From a virus (Duplodnaviria; Caudoviricetes), in IMG/VR virus record IMGVR_UViG_3300013102_000008, positions 1,501 through 65,500 of that record: 64,000 bases of DNA. The stretch is one strand, 5' to 3'. The position numbers and the translations under genes are program-made. The notes beneath the pieces were generated by a model that had not been told where the DNA came from, did not search any database, and saw nothing but the letters and a program-made list of their open reading frames with translations. The stretch's first letter is position 1; each line of letters begins with the position of its first letter. Below, one piece after another: positions 63,569-64,000 of the stretch.

Positions 63569-64000
63569 ACGCTAACGACCACCGTCCCTAATACTGCGAC
63601 CTCGCCGTCAGCAATTGCGATGTTGCCGGTACCCCCATTAGTCGTTAGTGTTGCGTAATCAATGACCGGAGGTATGTCGAGTATCACGTTAGCAATACGC
63701 GTAATCCGTACTATCGGATCGGTGAATGCTAGCGTCTTAAGGTATATGCCTACTCCGGTTTGGATGAGCGCCTTCACCTGCGCTGTAGTTGCGCCAGGTG
63801 CCAATGTCACCGTAACCGCTATATTAATCGGAATCTCCACCGCGCCTGCTACCGTTGTTATTGCGCCAATTGGAGCCGCGCCCATTCCTCGCCCGTCTTG
63901 CGTAGGATCAATATACGTTTGTACTGCGGTGATAATAGCGCTATCTGGCGCAGTCTTATTGTCATCCAGTAGTACGACTTTAACGGTGCCGGGCCCGTCC
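63565..64000 (-). CDS. Baseplate J/XkdT-like protein, C-terminal part (5' truncated)
   Basis: Frame open to window edge: DGPGTVKVVLLD...VQTYIDP...APIGA...VIDY. Confidence 0.9.
   Translation of the reverse strand, partial: DGPGTVKVVLLDDNKTAPDSAIITAVQTYIDPTQDGRGMGAAPIGAITTVAGAVEIPINIAVTVTLAPGATTAQVKALIQTGVGIYLKTLAFTDPIVRITRIANVILDIPPVIDYATLTTNGGTGNIAIADGEVAVLGTVVVSV

Noticed and set aside
496-63972. Numerous + strand ORFs in the track (e.g. 2978-3499, 11805-12281, 40238-40915) and - strand 56382-56957
   Set aside because: Antisense shadows of well-supported genes, with no RBS or motifs.
1-64000. Stop-codon reassignment / alternative genetic code
   Set aside because: Core genes are full length in the standard code; only start-codon usage is unusual.

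Overview
The window is nearly the whole genome of a temperate Bacillota myophage, circularly permuted in the baseplate region and almost entirely encoded on the - strand. The host is probably Paenibacillus/Bacillus-like, and the phage has a PBSX/Xkd-type contractile tail and a lambda-E-type capsid. No integrase is visible. Instead there is a ParA + small adaptor partition cassette next to a 1.14-kb ORF-free, DnaA-box-flanked, highly structured region, so it is most likely a phage-plasmid. Modules are tail/head/packaging (1-18 kb); RepL-like, DNA-methylase and nucleotide-metabolism genes (ThyX, dUTPase, class II RNR, dNMP kinase); replication genes (PolA, primase, DnaB, DnaC-like, RuvC, exonuclease); an XRE repressor with operators; several free-standing homing-type endonucleases; and lysis and tail-spike genes. 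Main observations: (1) a candidate Rep-less RNA-based replicon with an antisense RNA, an attenuator and a pseudoknotted ~700-nt RNA; (2) repeated ATC/ATA/ATT start codons behind strong RBSs in core genes; (3) a group I intron with an HNH ORF splitting the tape-measure gene, with splice sites resolvable to the base; (4) a tRNA-like ncRNA; (5) a 45-bp phage-specific promoter motif in three copies; (6) a candidate type I toxin/antisense pair. All protein calls come from motif recognition and synteny, not database searches.
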